DNA of 59,468 nucleotides. Origin: an uncultured bacterium. Its GTDB lineage: Bacteria; Patescibacteriota; Saccharimonadia; Saccharimonadales; OFTM59. Numbering within the stretch: position 1 is the stretch's first letter; each line of letters opens with the position of its first letter. Shown in pieces: positions 44,361 to 52,738 of the stretch. The notes beneath the pieces are model-generated. The model did not search any database and was not told the DNA's origin. It saw only the letters and a list, made by a program, of their open reading frames with translations. The DNA lies in NCBI GenBank assembly GCA_966685145.1, contig CBKXXB010000002.1, positions 1 to 59,468 on the forward strand. The letters run 5' to 3'. The position numbers and the translations under genes were made by a program.

Positions 44361-46007
44361 CTACATCATCCCCATTCCGCCGGGCATACCGCCGCCGGCT
44401 GCCGCTGGAGTTTCTTTCTCAGGTACGTCTACAACTAAGGCGCCCATGGTCATGCTGGTTCCGGCAATCGAAACGGCATTCTGAATAGCTTCCTTAGTGA
44501 CGCGTGTCGGATCGACGACGCCCACGGTTTTAAGATCGACAAGCTTGGTCGGCTCATTAACGTCGACACCCTGCCCCGGCTTAGCAGCCTTGACAAGAGG
44601 CAACCATTCATCAGCATTCAGCCCGGCGTTGTCCAAAAGAATACGGAAAGGCTGCTCAAGTGCGCTTCTCAGCAGCTGGGCACCCGCAGCTGTAGAATCG
44701 TTACCAACAATTTTGACTTCTTTTGCCAGGTTAATAAGCGTTACGCCACCGCCAGGCACAATACCCTCATCGAGCGCCGCCTTAACAGCAGCTACAGCGT
44801 CATCAACGCGGAACTTCTTTTCCTCGATTTCGGTCTCGGTCGCACCACCCACCTTAATTACGGCCACCTTACCGCTCAGTGCAGCCCGGCGCTTCTCGAG
44901 ATTTTCCTTGTCATATTCGCTGGTAGCGGCAACGACCTGAGCATTTATCTGGTCAATGCGCGCCTTAACTTCACTGACAGAGCCGTCACCCTCGATAATG
45001 GTGGTCTCGTCTTTGGTGACAATGACTTTACGGGCCGTACCGACCATGCTCATATCAGCGTTTTCAAAGGTGTAACCCTGGTCCTCGCTGATGACGGTCG
45101 CACCAGTCAAAATGGCAATGTCGTTCAAGATATCTTTGCGCCGGTCACCGAAGGCCGGAGCCTTGATGGCGACAGTGTTAAAGACGCCTTTTAGGCGGTT
45201 TAGCACCAATGTGCCGAGCGCTTCGCCCTCTACATCATCAGCGATCAGAACCAGCTCTTTCTTACCGGACTGCGCCAACTGCTCAAGCAGCGGCAGAAAT
45301 TCTTGGATAGAGCTTATTTTCTTATCTGTTATAACTATGGCAGGCTTGTCATAGACAGCTTCCATACGCGCAGCATCGGTCACCATGTAGGGGCTGACGA
45401 AACCGCGGTCAAACGTGAAGCCTTCTACTACTTCACTCTCAAGCGCCAAGCCCTGACCCTCTTCGACAGTCACCACACCTTCTTTGCCCACCTTGTCGAT
45501 AACATCGGCAATCAGGTTGCCGATTTCGGCGTCACCGGCAGAAATTGTTGCGACTTCAGCTACGCGCTGCTTGTTGGCTTTGATATCTTCACTCAAGCCT
45601 CCGAGCTTATTGATGACATCATGCGCGGCCGCTTCCAGGCCTTTGCGCAGCTGCATAGGGTTATGCCCGGCAGCTATAAGCTTATTGGCTTCATTCAGAA
45701 TGTGATAAGTGAGTACGGTAACCGTTGTCGTACCGTCACCAGCGACGTCGTTCATCTTGCTGGCAGCTTGCTTGATAAGCTCGGCACCGACTTTGTAGCC
45801 CAGTGTTTCGTCGTCGGCATCAGCCAATTCGACGCCCTTAGCTACAGTTACGCCGTCGTGAGTTACGGTCGGGTTTCCATAGCTCTTGCTAATAACAACG
45901 TTTCGCCCCTTCGGACCCATGGTTGTTTTGACCGCGTCATAGAGCACCTTAGCTCCGCCAAGTACTCTGCGGCGGGCATCATCGTCATAAAAAACTTTCT
46001 TTGCCAT
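44361..46007 (-). CDS. groL: Chaperonin GroEL
   Basis: AKKVFYDDDARR N-terminus, AGDGTTTVTVL motif and C-terminal GGMPGGMGMM. Confidence 0.97.
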   Translation of the reverse strand: MAKKVFYDDDARRRVLGGAKVLYDAVKTTMGPKGRNVVISKSYGNPTVTHDGVTVAKGVELADADDETLGYKVGAELIKQAASKMNDVAGDGTTTVTVLTYHILNEANKLIAAGHNPMQLRKGLEAAAHDVINKLGGLSEDIKANKQRVAEVATISAGDAEIGNLIADVIDKVGKEGVVTVEEGQGLALESEVVEGFTFDRGFVSPYMVTDAARMEAVYDKPAIVITDKKISSIQEFLPLLEQLAQSGKKELVLIADDVEGEALGTLVLNRLKGVFNTVAIKAPAFGDRRKDILNDIAILTGATVISEDQGYTFENADMSMVGTARKVIVTKDETTIIEGDGSVSEVKARIDQINAQVVAATSEYDKENLEKRRAALSGKVAVIKVGGATETEIEEKKFRVDDAVAAVKAALDEGIVPGGGVTLINLAKEVKIVGNDSTAAGAQLLRSALEQPFRILLDNAGLNADEWLPLVKAAKPGQGVDVNEPTKLVDLKTVGVVDPTRVTKEAIQNAVSIAGTSMTMGALVVDVPEKETPAAAGGGMPGGMGMM

Positions 46008-46116
46008 ATGTCTCTCCCTTCAGTCGAGATTTATCATTTTCCACTTGTCATTTACCAAATTATTTATCATTTGCTATTTCAAAAATGCGAATTGCTAAAT
46101 GAAAAAGGCAGCCGTC

Positions 46117-46383
46117 TTATTTGATGGTTGCTAATATATCTTCCTCTTTAACTAAAATGTACTCTTCGGCACCGACTTTTACGTCAGTAGTGCTGTAGCT
46201 TTTGTAGACAATACGATCGCCAGATTTAACTTCTTTGGCCTGTTTGCCTACTGCTACGACCTTGGCAATTTTAGGTTTTTCCTGTGCCTTGTCAGGCAAA
46301 TAAAGGCCGCTGGCAGTCTTTGTCTCTGCCTCTTCCTGCTGGGCTACTACGTAATCTGCCAGTGGTTGAATTGGGACACTCAT
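46117..46383 (-). CDS. groS: Co-chaperonin GroES
   Basis: 88 aa with TASGLYLPD (mobile loop) and GDRIVYKSY motifs, located upstream of groEL. Confidence 0.9.
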   Translation of the reverse strand: MSVPIQPLADYVVAQQEEAETKTASGLYLPDKAQEKPKIAKVVAVGKQAKEVKSGDRIVYKSYSTTDVKVGAEEYILVKEEDILATIK

Positions 46384-46426
46384 ATATCAAACTCCTCCCT
46401 ACACTTAACTGAATACTTTGAGTATT

Positions 46427-46453
46427 TTAGCACTTTAATAGTGAGAGTGCTAA
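46427..46453 (-). promoter_or_regulatory. CIRCE operator (HrcA binding site)
   Basis: TTAGCACTT-N9-GAGTGCTAA against the consensus TTAGCACTC-N9-GAGTGCTAA. An extra TAGCACTC half-site lies at 46458-46465. Confidence 0.85.
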
Positions 46454-46465
46454 CTACTAGCACTC

Positions 46466-46495
46466 ATACTACCTAATTGCCAAAAGTCCTGTCAA
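46466..46495 (-). promoter_or_regulatory. Sigma-70 type promoter candidate for groES-groEL
   Basis: The minus strand reads TTGACA, an 18 nt spacer, then TAGTAT. CIRCE lies immediately downstream. Confidence 0.55.
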
Positions 46496-46512
46496 GCCAT
46501 TCATTTTAGCAG

Positions 46513-47241
46513 TTACTGCTGATCAATAATCCACAGCTTAAACCGGCTGTCTGCAATAGGGTTTTCTAGTCTTTCGACAATAACATTGTGAGGTCCCCAA
46601 TCCTGCAAATACTCGTCATAACGTAAGCCCTCGGCGCGCAAGGCACCTACAAGCTTCATGTGTGTTTCATGCAGCCGATCATCTAGCTCACCCAACGTTC
46701 CTACACTCAACGAGCCTCGCAGACGGGCTAACTTGTCTCGCTTGAAGGCTGTAGCCCTACCGGGTTTATGTATGTCCTCCAGGGTAATGCCGCCACCAAT
46801 CTGCTGCATCAGCAAATACTGGCGAGCTTCGTCTTCTGACACATACAGGCCATAGTTTGCCGGTGTACTAACCCAATGCGGAAGGTGCTCCTGAATGACA
46901 ACACGCAGATTCTCCATGCGCTCAAAGTATTCCAAAAAGGACTTGCCGCTCCACGGTTTGGCTTCTTTGACCGCCAGCTTGTTGCCTATTGCATAGACGG
47001 TGCCGTCACCGCCTTCTGCCACATAAGTACGGTTCGGGTGGTACAGCGCAGATTCGGCAGCCAAACTCCCTGCTTGTGCGGCTACCAACTGCCGCCGGTA
47101 CGAATTCATTTCTCCGTGAAAAGCCCGATGCTCAGAGATTAGCGAAGCCAAACTGCCGGTCGTTATAGCAAAGCCGTCTCGGAGCTCGTAGCGATGCCAC
47201 TGTTCGCCCCCTGGCCGGTCTATGCTTTCTCTTGTAATCAT
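46513..47241 (-). CDS. Minimal protein-kinase-like fold protein ending at the DFG-equivalent
   Basis: GGDGTVYAIGNKLAVKE (Gly-loop plus VAxK-like), LLMQQIGG (hinge-like), DWGPHN (DxxxxN catalytic-loop-like) and LWIIDQQ-stop (DFG-like). Confidence 0.55.
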   Translation of the reverse strand: MITRESIDRPGGEQWHRYELRDGFAITTGSLASLISEHRAFHGEMNSYRRQLVAAQAGSLAAESALYHPNRTYVAEGGDGTVYAIGNKLAVKEAKPWSGKSFLEYFERMENLRVVIQEHLPHWVSTPANYGLYVSEDEARQYLLMQQIGGGITLEDIHKPGRATAFKRDKLARLRGSLSVGTLGELDDRLHETHMKLVGALRAEGLRYDEYLQDWGPHNVIVERLENPIADSRFKLWIIDQQ

Positions 47242-47275
47242 AATGCGCCTTAACCTAACTCGCGTTTGACTTAAA

Positions 47276-47809
47276 TTAAGCGCCCCGTTCCCGAATATCT
47301 GATAAAGACGGCAGGGCTAGATTGGTAGGGAGTTCGGAAGGTAGAGGTGTTTGCTGCAGCAAAAAACGCGTTTCCATAAGAAGCCGTCCTAGGTTGTTCT
47401 GGCCCCGGCCGCTGCCTGGTGGACAGACACCCCAGTACCTGTCTCCCCAGGTGTTGCCTTCAATAAGCTCTTCTTCACCTGTCGCAACTAAAAGTCCGGC
47501 AAGTTCAGGATCGCGGGCAAACTTTTGCGTCACATAGAATCGCATTACATCAAGCTTTATATTGTCCCATTCAGGCCGTACTTCATACTGGCCACTCATG
47601 ATAAGCTGACGGGCCGTTCGCTTGGCTGATCGGCCATCAGGAGCAAGTAAAACCGCGTTTCTTCCTAATTGGTCCGCAAACTTACCAGCCTGGTATGCAT
47701 GTTCTACTGTAGGCACCACAATGCCTTCAGGCACGACCACCACGCCATGCTCCAGCTCGAACATGCTGCTTAAGAAATGATGCTCGCCTCTAAAGCGTTC
47801 AACTGCCAT
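47276..47809 (-). CDS. NADAR (YbiA-like, DUF1768) family N-glycosidase / ADP-ribosyl hydrolase
   Basis: FLSSMF, TVEHAYQAGKF, GNTWGDRYWGV and NNLGRLLMETR align along the full length with E. coli YbiA. Confidence 0.85.
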   Translation of the reverse strand: MAVERFRGEHHFLSSMFELEHGVVVVPEGIVVPTVEHAYQAGKFADQLGRNAVLLAPDGRSAKRTARQLIMSGQYEVRPEWDNIKLDVMRFYVTQKFARDPELAGLLVATGEEELIEGNTWGDRYWGVCPPGSGRGQNNLGRLLMETRFLLQQTPLPSELPTNLALPSLSDIRERGA

Positions 47810-48488
47810 GCGTAGACCTACTAGTCGTCTTTTCAGACGGCAGAAGACCTGTGACTGCCATGCTAAGCTCGTTCAGCGCCGTTTCAAGCCCTGTGGCTAT
47901 GCTTTCGGACATGGCACGTAGGCCATCTAGATCGGTAGCGATATCCTCGGCCGCTAAATCATCAAGCTCTAACATAATATTCCCCAGATTTTCTTCCACT
48001 GCCACTTTAGTGATGCCTGAACGGTCCATCAACCATTCTGTAGACCTGTAGGTTTCTTGGCAGAGTGCTTCGAAAACCACAGGTGCCCTTTCTTGGCTGG
48101 CAAGAGCAGAAATAACAGCATCAAGTCTGCCGATCCGGCCCTCTTCTACCGCATCGACCCAAGACTCAAACTCAGATTCAAATTTACTAAGAACTCGTTC
48201 GACTTGCGACTGATAATTAACCAGCTCCTTTATAGCCAGTTCAGTTTTCTCGTATTCATCAAGCTTTTGAGGACAATTAGCAAAAAGCGTCTGAACAGCT
48301 GTACGGCATTCGCTAAACACGTCCGCTAGCCTCAGCTGCTGCTCTAAAGCATCAAGCCGATCGCTGAACGGATCTCCCTTACTGCGTACTGCTGCTTGAA
48401 TCAGGAGCGTAAGTTCTCTACGGTCCTTAGTTTTGCAGACTTCGGCAACTTGCGACGGCAAAGGTGAGGTGTGGCTGCTAGTTACCAT
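47799..48488 (-). CDS. Hypothetical all-helical / coiled-coil acidic protein
   Basis: 229 aa and heptad-like, rich in E/L/A. It overlaps the upstream gene by 11 nt and the downstream NADAR gene by 11 nt. Confidence 0.55.
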   Translation of the reverse strand: MVTSSHTSPLPSQVAEVCKTKDRRELTLLIQAAVRSKGDPFSDRLDALEQQLRLADVFSECRTAVQTLFANCPQKLDEYEKTELAIKELVNYQSQVERVLSKFESEFESWVDAVEEGRIGRLDAVISALASQERAPVVFEALCQETYRSTEWLMDRSGITKVAVEENLGNIMLELDDLAAEDIATDLDGLRAMSESIATGLETALNELSMAVTGLLPSEKTTSRSTHGS

Positions 48489-49884
48489 CTCTGCCCCTCA
48501 TAATCGTTAACATACCCTTAAGTCGTCTTTGATTAGCGTTCGGGTTTTGTCTGAAGTCAATGCGCCCGTATGGCCTAGCAATACTGGCCAATGAGGGATC
48601 AGCAATGATGCCTACGCTCCTTAAGACCTTTCTCATTGAGCTACAGTCGTTATAAAAGCCATAGTTTACTGCACAGTGAAGCCCGGTAATATGCGCTTGG
48701 GCACTCCAACGTGCTGCCGGTGCATGATGCGCCCGATAGTACGACCTGACAGGTATTGAACCTTTTGTTTCGTCATAGGGATCTATTTCTAGACCATCCT
48801 CAATTCTGCCCTTGGAAGCGGCAATTACGTTTATCTCCAAACACCCTGCCTCAATATACTCGCGCGCTTTTGGATCATTCATTAACTTGCCGTAAACACT
48901 TCGCATTTGAGAGCCGCTGATTGTCCAGTCGTCAAGAAGAACAAGCCTGGCATTCTCGGGCCGTGCATCAAGCTCATCCATGGAAAATACCACTCTGTCC
49001 CCATATCTGCGCATTTCTTCTTCGGTGAAGCTTTGCGCGATTTTATCTCTAAGATATGCGTCACTTTTCGGTCGTCTGTTGTGTCTGTATCTGTTCAATT
49101 CTCCCACCTCAGTCAAAACACAGATTCTACGCGCCGGATCGTCCTCAAGATACTGCTTCCAATGCTCACCCAAGCCTTGAACCGCTTCGTTAAACTCCGG
49201 GTTGCCGATAAATGTTAAGTTATCAAGCATGCTGCGGGCTTGCTCAGCAAGATCAGCCGTACGACGCTTAAGGCCCAGGCCTTTTCTGTCCGTTACTTTT
49301 ACGAACTGCGTAAGAAAGTCTCTTAGTTCCACTAGACCTTTGTGCTCTGTTTTAGGTCCGCTCGGCTTTGTGCCTTTGTTACCATTGCCTGTATTGCGAA
49401 AATAAAGAAACTGCGTAGTACGAGACTTGTCTTTTACCTGATCGGCAAAGAGCGGAGCATCCTTGACATAGCCCCGCGTTTCAAGGCTTTTAGTGGTTTC
49501 TGCCAGTTCCGGCCGAGCGGCATGTTCATGAGCCCATCCACGGAACTGCGGCGTAATAACAGTGGTTCCGGGTTCTGCGCCATCTCTGAGCTCTTCAAGC
49601 AGCCGGCGAAAAGACGGGTCTACATAGAGAGCCTCCGCTTCAAAGTCATTAACTATCTCCTGCTCGGCTTCACGATCATCTACTTCTTTTCGTAATAATG
49701 CTTCTGGCGTTTCAACAATCCCGCCGAGCGGTGCAGCCAAAGTAAAGTCTGGTGGAGGCAATTCCTCTGCCCCTGGCAATAGCGATAAGCCTTCTTGAGC
49801 ATCTGTTCCGCTTCCGGTAAGGCCAGTTGCTAGCTCCTGGTCTATTTCCGGTATGGATCCAAGTTGTTGTTTCTGGTGTGGCAT
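48478..49884 (-). CDS. Hypothetical protein with C-terminal type I phosphoribosyltransferase-like domain
   Basis: The PRPP-loop-like motif ARLVLLDDWTISGSQM (aa 312-327, nt 48904-48951) is preceded by RRICVLTEVGE. The N-terminal ~230 aa are unassigned, and the first ~60 aa are acidic and low-complexity. Confidence 0.55.
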   Translation of the reverse strand: MPHQKQQLGSIPEIDQELATGLTGSGTDAQEGLSLLPGAEELPPPDFTLAAPLGGIVETPEALLRKEVDDREAEQEIVNDFEAEALYVDPSFRRLLEELRDGAEPGTTVITPQFRGWAHEHAARPELAETTKSLETRGYVKDAPLFADQVKDKSRTTQFLYFRNTGNGNKGTKPSGPKTEHKGLVELRDFLTQFVKVTDRKGLGLKRRTADLAEQARSMLDNLTFIGNPEFNEAVQGLGEHWKQYLEDDPARRICVLTEVGELNRYRHNRRPKSDAYLRDKIAQSFTEEEMRRYGDRVVFSMDELDARPENARLVLLDDWTISGSQMRSVYGKLMNDPKAREYIEAGCLEINVIAASKGRIEDGLEIDPYDETKGSIPVRSYYRAHHAPAARWSAQAHITGLHCAVNYGFYNDCSSMRKVLRSVGIIADPSLASIARPYGRIDFRQNPNANQRRLKGMLTIMRGRDGN

Positions 49885-49933
49885 GACGGTTTTAAAAATT
49901 AACGCTTATGTTTAATTTAGCATAAATTTGCTA

Positions 49934-50311
49934 TTATTGCAAATCTTCATGCTCGCCAATAAGGCGTCTGGCGGCCTGGTTAAGCAGCTGCCGCTTCCCT
50001 GCCTGCACGGCTATCTCGCCCACATAGCGAAGCCTTTTAAGAGGGTGCGTAAAAAGATGGGGCCTATCCGCCCTTAATTGCTCTACTGTGGCAGCGATTT
50101 CCGCATCCACTTCGACCAACCAGCTGATTATTGCTTTCCTAGGAATTGATGGGCCTGTGTCTAATTCCGAAGGATTATTCGCGGGCGCTTCATTTCCTAG
50201 TCCTAAACCCGAGAGTGCCGGTTCATGGGCTGAACCTAACTCAGAAGCTTCAACTTCTACTATACCACTTTCAGCAAGTGTTAGCTCAGGGCGCTCACCG
50301 ATGTCATTCAT
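49934..50311 (-). CDS. Hypothetical small acidic protein
   Basis: 125 aa with an ATG start, a disordered N-terminal half and a helical C-terminal half. It is the first gene after murE in the same orientation. Confidence 0.5.
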   Translation of the reverse strand: MNDIGERPELTLAESGIVEVEASELGSAHEPALSGLGLGNEAPANNPSELDTGPSIPRKAIISWLVEVDAEIAATVEQLRADRPHLFTHPLKRLRYVGEIAVQAGKRQLLNQAARRLIGEHEDLQ

Positions 50312-50347
50312 ATGTATATATTACAATTTTCCACGAAATTTGTCAAC

Positions 50348-51631
50348 TCACTTGGCTCTTTGGAGCATTGTACGAGCAACTTCTCTATCGTCCCAGGGGA
50401 TGACGCGGCCGCGCATGTTTCTGCCGGTCTCGTGCCCAAGCCCGGTTATATAGACCGCATCGCCGGGCATAGCATCCTGTAAAGCCTGCTTTATGGCCGT
50501 CAAACGGTCGGGGATAACCTGGGTCTTATTGGTAGCTTTTGCCTTAAGGATTCCCGCATAAACCTGATCAATGATCTCCTGCGAATTTTCGGTGTAGGTT
50601 TCATCGTCTGTTAAGTAAATATGGTCAGCGTAGGTACCGGCTACCTCGCCCATCAATGGTCGCTTCTGCTTGTCACGATCGCCCGTAGCTCCAAAGACAA
50701 TGCGGACCTTGCCCTTAGTAAACTCCTGTAAGGTTTCAAGGGCGTTTTGTATCGAATCGGGCGTCACGGCATAGTCTATGAGCACACTGAATTTCTGCCC
50801 CGCCTGTACCGGCTCCATACGGCCCGCCACCGCTTTAAGATTGGCGATACCGGTCACGATATCCCTAGGCTTAATCCCGATAGTCATGCCTACGGCTGCA
50901 GCCTGTGCGGCGTTGTAGAGATTGAACGTACCGATAAGAGACGTGGCTATGGGTAGCGGAGCGGCCTTGGTCAGTAGCGTTGCCTGTGAGCCCTCCGGCG
51001 CTAGCTTAATATCAGAGATCTGAATGTCGCACCCCTTTGTCTTGCCTACTGACACAACTTCTCCCTTTGCGCGTTCAGCAAAAAAATCAAACCACTTATC
51101 GTCACGGTTCAGCACGGCCGTCTTTGCCCCGTAGTTCGTCAGCAGCAATGCTTTGGCCGCGGCGTAGTTTTCCATCGTTTTGTGATAATCCAGGTGTTCA
51201 GGAGTAAGATTGGTTACGACTGCCACATCGATACGGACGCCCATAATCCTATCTTGGTCTAGAGCATGGCTAGGCACCTCCAGCACGACCCAGTCAGCCC
51301 GCGCCCTCTTGGCCCGCGCAAACAGGCTCTGAACCTCGGACTGTTTCTCTAGTGTTCTGGTGGTCGTGCGCGGGAACGCTTTCCCGCCGATTTCTATCAT
51401 CGGCGTGGTCATCATGGCAGTTTTGTGGCCACCTGCTTTCAAAACTTCATTGATAAATGCAGACGTAGTGCTCTTGCCGTTCGTACCGGTCACCGCCACT
51501 ACTTTCATACCCTTGGCCGGGAAGCCGTAACGCATCTGCCAGGCCATGCCCCGGCTCTTGCGATAGGTTTTTTCAAGCGTTCGAACAGCCGATTTCGGCA
51601 CAACTTTCCGCACCAGCTTCTTAGGATTCAT
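50348..51631 (-). CDS. murE: Mur ligase, MurE-like (UDP-MurNAc-L-Ala-D-Glu:diamino-acid ligase)
   Basis: VVAVTGTNGKSTT P-loop, DYAVTPDS and ITGLGHETGRNM...PWDDREVA at the C-terminus. The ATG at 51631 is preferred. The N-terminal domain is short. Confidence 0.75.
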   Translation of the reverse strand: MNPKKLVRKVVPKSAVRTLEKTYRKSRGMAWQMRYGFPAKGMKVVAVTGTNGKSTTSAFINEVLKAGGHKTAMMTTPMIEIGGKAFPRTTTRTLEKQSEVQSLFARAKRARADWVVLEVPSHALDQDRIMGVRIDVAVVTNLTPEHLDYHKTMENYAAAKALLLTNYGAKTAVLNRDDKWFDFFAERAKGEVVSVGKTKGCDIQISDIKLAPEGSQATLLTKAAPLPIATSLIGTFNLYNAAQAAAVGMTIGIKPRDIVTGIANLKAVAGRMEPVQAGQKFSVLIDYAVTPDSIQNALETLQEFTKGKVRIVFGATGDRDKQKRPLMGEVAGTYADHIYLTDDETYTENSQEIIDQVYAGILKAKATNKTQVIPDRLTAIKQALQDAMPGDAVYITGLGHETGRNMRGRVIPWDDREVARTMLQRAK

Positions 51632-51655
51632 ACCAGTAATGATACAGTATGAGGC

Positions 51656-52726
51656 ATGCGAATTCTTGGAATCGAAACGAGCTGTGACGAGACGGCGGCA
51701 GGTATTGTTGAGGATGGGCACAGACTGCTATCCAACATCGTTCTGAGCAGCATGGACCTGCATGCCGCCTACGGGGGTGTCGTGCCCGAAATTGCCGCGC
51801 GCAGCCATATCGAGGCAATGATGCCTGTAATCAGCCAAAGTTTGAACCAGGCTAAGTGCAGTTGGGATGATATTGACGGCATCGCCGTTACTTACGGAGC
51901 CGGCTTGGGCGGATCACTGCTTGTAGGAGTGCTTAGCGCTCGAACGCTCGCCATCGTCAAAAACAAGCCCTTATACGGAATTAACCACGTTGAGGGACAT
52001 ATTTATGCTAACTTCCTGAATGATGTTGCCCCTGCTCTTTCTTCTGACTACCGGTTACCGGATTCCAAACCCGAGTTCCCTATGTTGGGGCTCATAGTCT
52101 CAGGCGGCCACAGCCAGTTGGCAATTTGGAAGGATCACTTCGATTACACGCTGCTAGGCCAAACGACAGATGATGCCATTGGTGAAGCCTTTGATAAGGT
52201 AGCTAAGATACTGGGTCTGCCCTACCCCGGCGGTCCCAGCGTAGGCAAAAAAGCTTTGGAGGGTGACCCGAAGGCATTTGAACTACCAAAAGCAAAGTTA
52301 ACCAACAAATATGACTTCAGTTTCTCGGGACTTAAAACGGCCGTTTTAAGGCTAACGCAAGCACAAATCGGTGAAGACCACACCTTCCCGTCCGCAAGGC
52401 TGTCAGAGCGCCTTTCTGAAGCTCAGAAAGCCAACATTGCAGCCAGTTTTCAACGCGTAGCCATTGAAACGGTCGTTGATAAGACGGTTCTGGCTTACGA
52501 GGAGTTTCGGCCCAAATCAGTAGTTATCGGCGGCGGCGTGGCAGCCAGCCCGGAATTGCGGCGCCAATTAGCCGAGCGGCTGCCTCTACCTATAAGCTAT
52601 ACCGATCCGAAGCTCTGTACCGACAACGGAGCCATGATTGCCGCGCTTGGCTGTTACAAGGCCATGCACAGTCAACAGCCGGACGATCCCTATAGCCTCG
52701 ATATAGCTCCAAATTTAAGTATGTAA
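51656..52726 (+). CDS. tsaD: tRNA N6-adenosine threonylcarbamoyltransferase
   Basis: MRILGIETSCDETAAG, HIEAM, GINHVEGH and SGGHS motifs. Confidence 0.95.
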   Translation: MRILGIETSCDETAAGIVEDGHRLLSNIVLSSMDLHAAYGGVVPEIAARSHIEAMMPVISQSLNQAKCSWDDIDGIAVTYGAGLGGSLLVGVLSARTLAIVKNKPLYGINHVEGHIYANFLNDVAPALSSDYRLPDSKPEFPMLGLIVSGGHSQLAIWKDHFDYTLLGQTTDDAIGEAFDKVAKILGLPYPGGPSVGKKALEGDPKAFELPKAKLTNKYDFSFSGLKTAVLRLTQAQIGEDHTFPSARLSERLSEAQKANIAASFQRVAIETVVDKTVLAYEEFRPKSVVIGGGVAASPELRRQLAERLPLPISYTDPKLCTDNGAMIAALGCYKAMHSQQPDDPYSLDIAPNLSM

Positions 52727-52738
52727 GGTAAAAAATCT

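Noticed and set aside
45303-46124. 273 aa plus-strand ORF antisense to groEL. Similar long antisense ORFs lie at 33028..33606 in gdh, 1363..1875 in rnj and 17421..17810 in polA.
   Set aside because: They lie entirely within strongly supported conserved genes on the opposite strand, and no motifs are recognisable in them.
48478-49884. An ADP-ribosyltransferase (R-S-E type) in the N-terminal half of the 468 aa protein, which would pair naturally with NADAR.
   Set aside because: FRGW and SRTTQ could mimic the R and S-T-S motifs, but I found no convincing ExE or QxE motif at the expected spacing. The evidence is too weak to claim without structure prediction.
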